This document shows positions 15,794 to 18,681 of a DNA stretch of 18,681 nt, one piece after another (positions within the stretch are counted from its first letter, which is position 1; each line of letters opens with the position of its first letter). Both the position numbers and the translations under genes were made by a program. The DNA is from a virus. Taxonomy: Duplodnaviria > Heunggongvirae > Uroviricota > Caudoviricetes. The stretch is from IMG/VR virus record IMGVR_UViG_3300025575_000276, one strand, 5' to 3'. The notes beneath the pieces are model-generated. The model did no database searches. It worked only from the letters and a program-made list of their open reading frames with translations, and was not told the origin of the DNA.

Positions 15794-16918
15794 ATGAAAA
15801 AGAACAACAAACACTCTTGCCCTCTCTGTGGAACCCCTCTTGCGGAATATGAAAGATATCCTTGGTATGTATGTCCAAAATGTGCAAGTAAAGTAACAGA
15901 TATTAATGGGAGGAGACTCGTTTTTTATAACCTTGATTTTTCGGGTGGCTTCTCTGCAAAATATAACGACACCGGTGAAATTTACAATAGTCATACTTGC
16001 TATATTGAATGTATTGAATGTTATGCAGATGAAGCAAGATTTGGTGGCATTGTTGTTCAGAAAGTAATACTCGATGTGGATGATGGTTCTGAATTGGGTG
16101 AAGCATCAATAAATGTCGGGATCTTTAGCAAGAAGAAATATATCATAGGAGCTATCATTGGAGATATTATTGGTTCTGTTTATGAATGGAATAATGTAAA
16201 AACAACTGAATTTCAAATGTTTGGTAAGAATACCGATTTTACTGACGACAGCGTACTGACATTTGCAACTATGGACAGTATTCTCCATCAAATAGATTAT
16301 ACTGAAGCATACCAGACCTATGCTAGGAAGTTTCCAAACAGAGGTTACGGGGGTAATTTTGCATCCTGGATAAAAGACAATCACCCTAAACCCTATAATA
16401 GTTGGGGTAATGGTTCTGCAATGCGTATAAGTCCAGTTGGATGGGCTTACGATTCCCTTGATGAAGTGTTATCCCAAGCTAAAAGAAGTGCAGAGGTTAC
16501 TCATAATCACCCTGAAGGAATTAACGGGGCACAAGCAACAGCATCAGCAATCTTCCTAGCTCGAAAGGGTAAAAGCAAGCTTGAAATAAAAAAATTTATT
16601 GAGCAAACTTTTAACTATAATTTAGATAGGAGCATAAAAGAAATAAGACCTGCTTTTCGATTTGATGAAAGTTGTCAAGGCACAGTCCCGGAGGCTATCA
16701 TTGCATTCCTGGAAAGTATGGATTTTGAAAATGCAATCAGATTAGCGATATCTCTTGGAGGAGATAGCGACACAATTGCTTGTATTACAGGTGGAATAGC
16801 TGAAGCTTTTTACAAAGAGATTCCTGATTCTATCATTGAAAGTTCATTGAGAGTTCTCCCGACAGAAATCATTAAACTAATTGAAGAGTTTTCAATAAAG
16901 TTCAGAAATTCCGATTAA
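15794..16918 (+). CDS. ADP-ribosylglycohydrolase (DraG/ARH family) fused to an N-terminal Cys-rich Zn-binding domain
   Basis: GAIIGDIIGS, FTDDSVLT, GNGSAMRISP, THNHPEG, GGDSDTIACITGGIAEA. The N-terminal ~90 aa carries CPLC...CPKC...ADEARFGGIVVQ. Confidence 0.9.
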   Translation: MKKNNKHSCPLCGTPLAEYERYPWYVCPKCASKVTDINGRRLVFYNLDFSGGFSAKYNDTGEIYNSHTCYIECIECYADEARFGGIVVQKVILDVDDGSELGEASINVGIFSKKKYIIGAIIGDIIGSVYEWNNVKTTEFQMFGKNTDFTDDSVLTFATMDSILHQIDYTEAYQTYARKFPNRGYGGNFASWIKDNHPKPYNSWGNGSAMRISPVGWAYDSLDEVLSQAKRSAEVTHNHPEGINGAQATASAIFLARKGKSKLEIKKFIEQTFNYNLDRSIKEIRPAFRFDESCQGTVPEAIIAFLESMDFENAIRLAISLGGDSDTIACITGGIAEAFYKEIPDSIIESSLRVLPTEIIKLIEEFSIKFRNSD

Positions 16919-16962
16919 CTATTAATCCAAATATAAACAATCTACTCTAGGTTGAATAATCG

Positions 16963-17741
16963 TTATAAATTTTTAAATATTATACCAAAATTTTTTTTCA
17001 TAATCTCAGTCCTAAAAAACTTTAAATCTGTATATTCTTTTGATTTAGCTAATTTAATTATTCGATTTCGCTTGCATTCATCGATGCGAAATCCAAAATA
17101 TATTTCAGTAATTGCTGTTTTATTAAAATTGTATAATCCAGGATTCCTTTTTAAAACTCTAAATTCTTCTTCATATTCCCAAGCAATTGATTTTGTTTCT
17201 ACTATAAGCTTTGAAAGCGTGTCTTCATCTCTCAAATAATTAAATACAGGATATTTAGGCTCATATTTAACAAGAAAAGGAAGATAGAAAAAATCAATAT
17301 CTTCTAAATATCAAATTTAATGCATACTCCATTATATGAATCTGCATAATGAGCCCACATCAGTAGATTGCTATTACATTTTGAAAAACATGATAATCCA
17401 TGTGAATCTATCCTTTTTTTTATTGCAGTACTTGTTATTCGAAATCTTTCATTTGGGTCAAGCATATTTGATAAAAAAGTTTCTCTATCTGCTTGGTTTA
17501 AGTTTTTATTATTTGCTATGTCATTAACAAAGGCATGAACCTCTTCATCTGTATTATTTGTATCAATAGTAATATTACAATCAAAAGGATCGTTAAAACT
17601 TGATGGCTTTGAAAACTTTATGCATCCTTTTTTCAATATAACAATTAATATGTCTATGGAAGTAAACTTATATACAAATCTTGGAAGTTCATTATTATCA
17701 ACCATTTTTTTTATGATCATAGTGTATTCTTGTGAATCCAT
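16963..17741 (-). pseudogene. DUF2971-like gene split by a 1-nt deletion
   Basis: N-half has YKF...FSKPSSFNDPFDC...SCFS...LLMWAHYAD...GVCIKFDI then TAG (17304-06). The shifted frame continues EDIDFFYLPFLVKY...TKSIAWEYEEEFRV...ITEIYFG. Restoring one T (ATT TTA GAA) gives a 259-aa ORF. Confidence 0.8.
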
Positions 17742-17790
17742 ATTAAATATTGTAATTAAGTGTTGTCAATAAAAGGGTGCTCAAAATGTG

Positions 17791-17895
17791 ACCTAACGTT
17801 TGGTGGTATAAACAATAGATGACGTTTTTGGTGAATCACTTGTCCAGTTACAAAGGATGATGCAGTCTTTGCTGTATCGGCAATTGTTATACCAC
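17791..17895 (-). repeat. attC-like imperfect inverted repeat between two cargo genes
   Basis: Plus strand: ACCTAAC (17791-97; GTTAGGT = GTTRRRY on the gene strand), 5-nt spacer, GTGGTATAAACAAT (17803-16) pairing with ATTGTTATACCAC (17883-95) with one extra base. It ends 12 nt from the HNH gene stop. The second core site is not intact. Confidence 0.55.
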
Positions 17896-17907
17896 ACTTT
17901 GCGATAT

Positions 17908-18681
17908 TTACTTGTTGAATTCAAATTTGGCACCCTTTATATTTATTGTTGTCGGAATGCCACTATTCATAAGTGCTATAGCTAAATCAAAAGGTTTTTG
18001 TGCTCCTTCGGGACGAAAAGCAATATAAACAACAGTACCCCCATAAAATACCATTTGTAAGCCTATTAATCCAAATTGATCTGGTTCACAAAATTGATAG
18101 CAAAAAACTGATGGATTATCACCTTTTACGCCAGTTGTTTTTTCATCAACTTCAAATTTTTTGTTAATTAGTTTAACAAGTGTATTTGTGTTATCGTCGC
18201 ATTTTAGAAATCCTGGTAAAACTTCAATTTCCCCTTTGAAAGAATGGTGAAACTCGTGATAATATAATCCATAGCCAATATTTTTAAAACAACATATTAA
18301 TCTATTCAAATCGGGATTACCGTAAATAATAGGTTGTTTTTTTCCAAAAGATAATTCAATTTCACCTGATTTATAATTTTTTAGTATTACTTTGTTAAGA
18401 AAGTCTTTACTCTTTCTTCTTAGTGCTCTGTTCACTTTTGTTTCTGCATGAAAATATCCTAAAGGGTTATTACCAAAAATACCCGCAATTGAAACCATAA
18501 GGAACTCATCGTCTTTAGATTTTTTAGAGTTATGTTCATCACATGATGGAACGGTAATTAAATTTTGCCGGAAGTCTAATCCTATTATATCTTTCCCTTC
18601 GGGGAATAAGCATAATGGAGGAACATGTTCTCTTGTTGTTGCTATTTTATCACAAACATAACATGTTTTATTCTCTTTCAT
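17908..18681 (-). CDS. HNH-family (Zn-binding His-Me finger) endonuclease domain protein
   Basis: N-terminal CYVC...EHVPP...TVPSCDEHNSKKSKDDE. The ATG coincides with the window edge, so the true start is not confirmed. Confidence 0.78.
   Translation of the reverse strand: MKENKTCYVCDKIATTREHVPPLCLFPEGKDIIGLDFRQNLITVPSCDEHNSKKSKDDEFLMVSIAGIFGNNPLGYFHAETKVNRALRRKSKDFLNKVILKNYKSGEIELSFGKKQPIIYGNPDLNRLICCFKNIGYGLYYHEFHHSFKGEIEVLPGFLKCDDNTNTLVKLINKKFEVDEKTTGVKGDNPSVFCYQFCEPDQFGLIGLQMVFYGGTVVYIAFRPEGAQKPFDLAIALMNSGIPTTINIKGAKFEFNK

Larger units (their letters stand above)
11581..18681. mobile_element. Resolvase-led AT-rich accessory tract
   Basis: Composition shift (hand counts of G+C: 25/60 at 5281 and 25/60 at 9241, versus 12/60 at 14821 and 18/60 at 17401), longer intergenic spacers, and unrelated cargo genes. 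Right boundary not visible. Confidence 0.55.

Noticed and set aside
1105-17527. Short overlapping or antisense ORFs in the track (e.g. 1105-1353, 2275-2553, 3252-3455, 7066-7407, 7954-8190, 8736-9020, 13293-14144 minus, 16952-17239, 17336-17527)
   Set aside because: They lie within or opposite well-supported genes, have no motifs, and are expected shadow frames.

Overview
The window has two parts. (1) About 1-11.6 kb is a gene-dense DNA-metabolism module of a large phage or phage-plasmid-like element, probably from a Bacteroidota host (no Shine-Dalgarno motifs, A/T-rich leaders, a TAnnTTTG -7 promoter element). It encodes an ATP-dependent DNA ligase, a DEDDh exonuclease, a class II (B12-dependent) ribonucleotide reductase, a PD-(D/E)xK nuclease, many small hypotheticals, and a 434-aa NUMOD4 protein with two apparently inactive HNH domains and two HTHs. 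A complete type I hammerhead ribozyme (1928-1984) lies between two co-directional phage genes and includes the upstream gene's stop codon. (2) About 11.6-18.7 kb starts with a res-like GTTCCA repeat array and a small serine resolvase/invertase. It continues as a more AT-rich accessory tract: a Zn-ribbon membrane protein, an FN3-repeat/DUF1566-like lipoprotein whose 3' end resembles a DGR variable region, a wHTH-TM protein, a Zn-domain/ADP-ribosylglycohydrolase fusion, a frameshifted DUF2971-like gene, an attC-like hairpin and an HNH protein. All calls come from reading motifs by eye; no searches were run.
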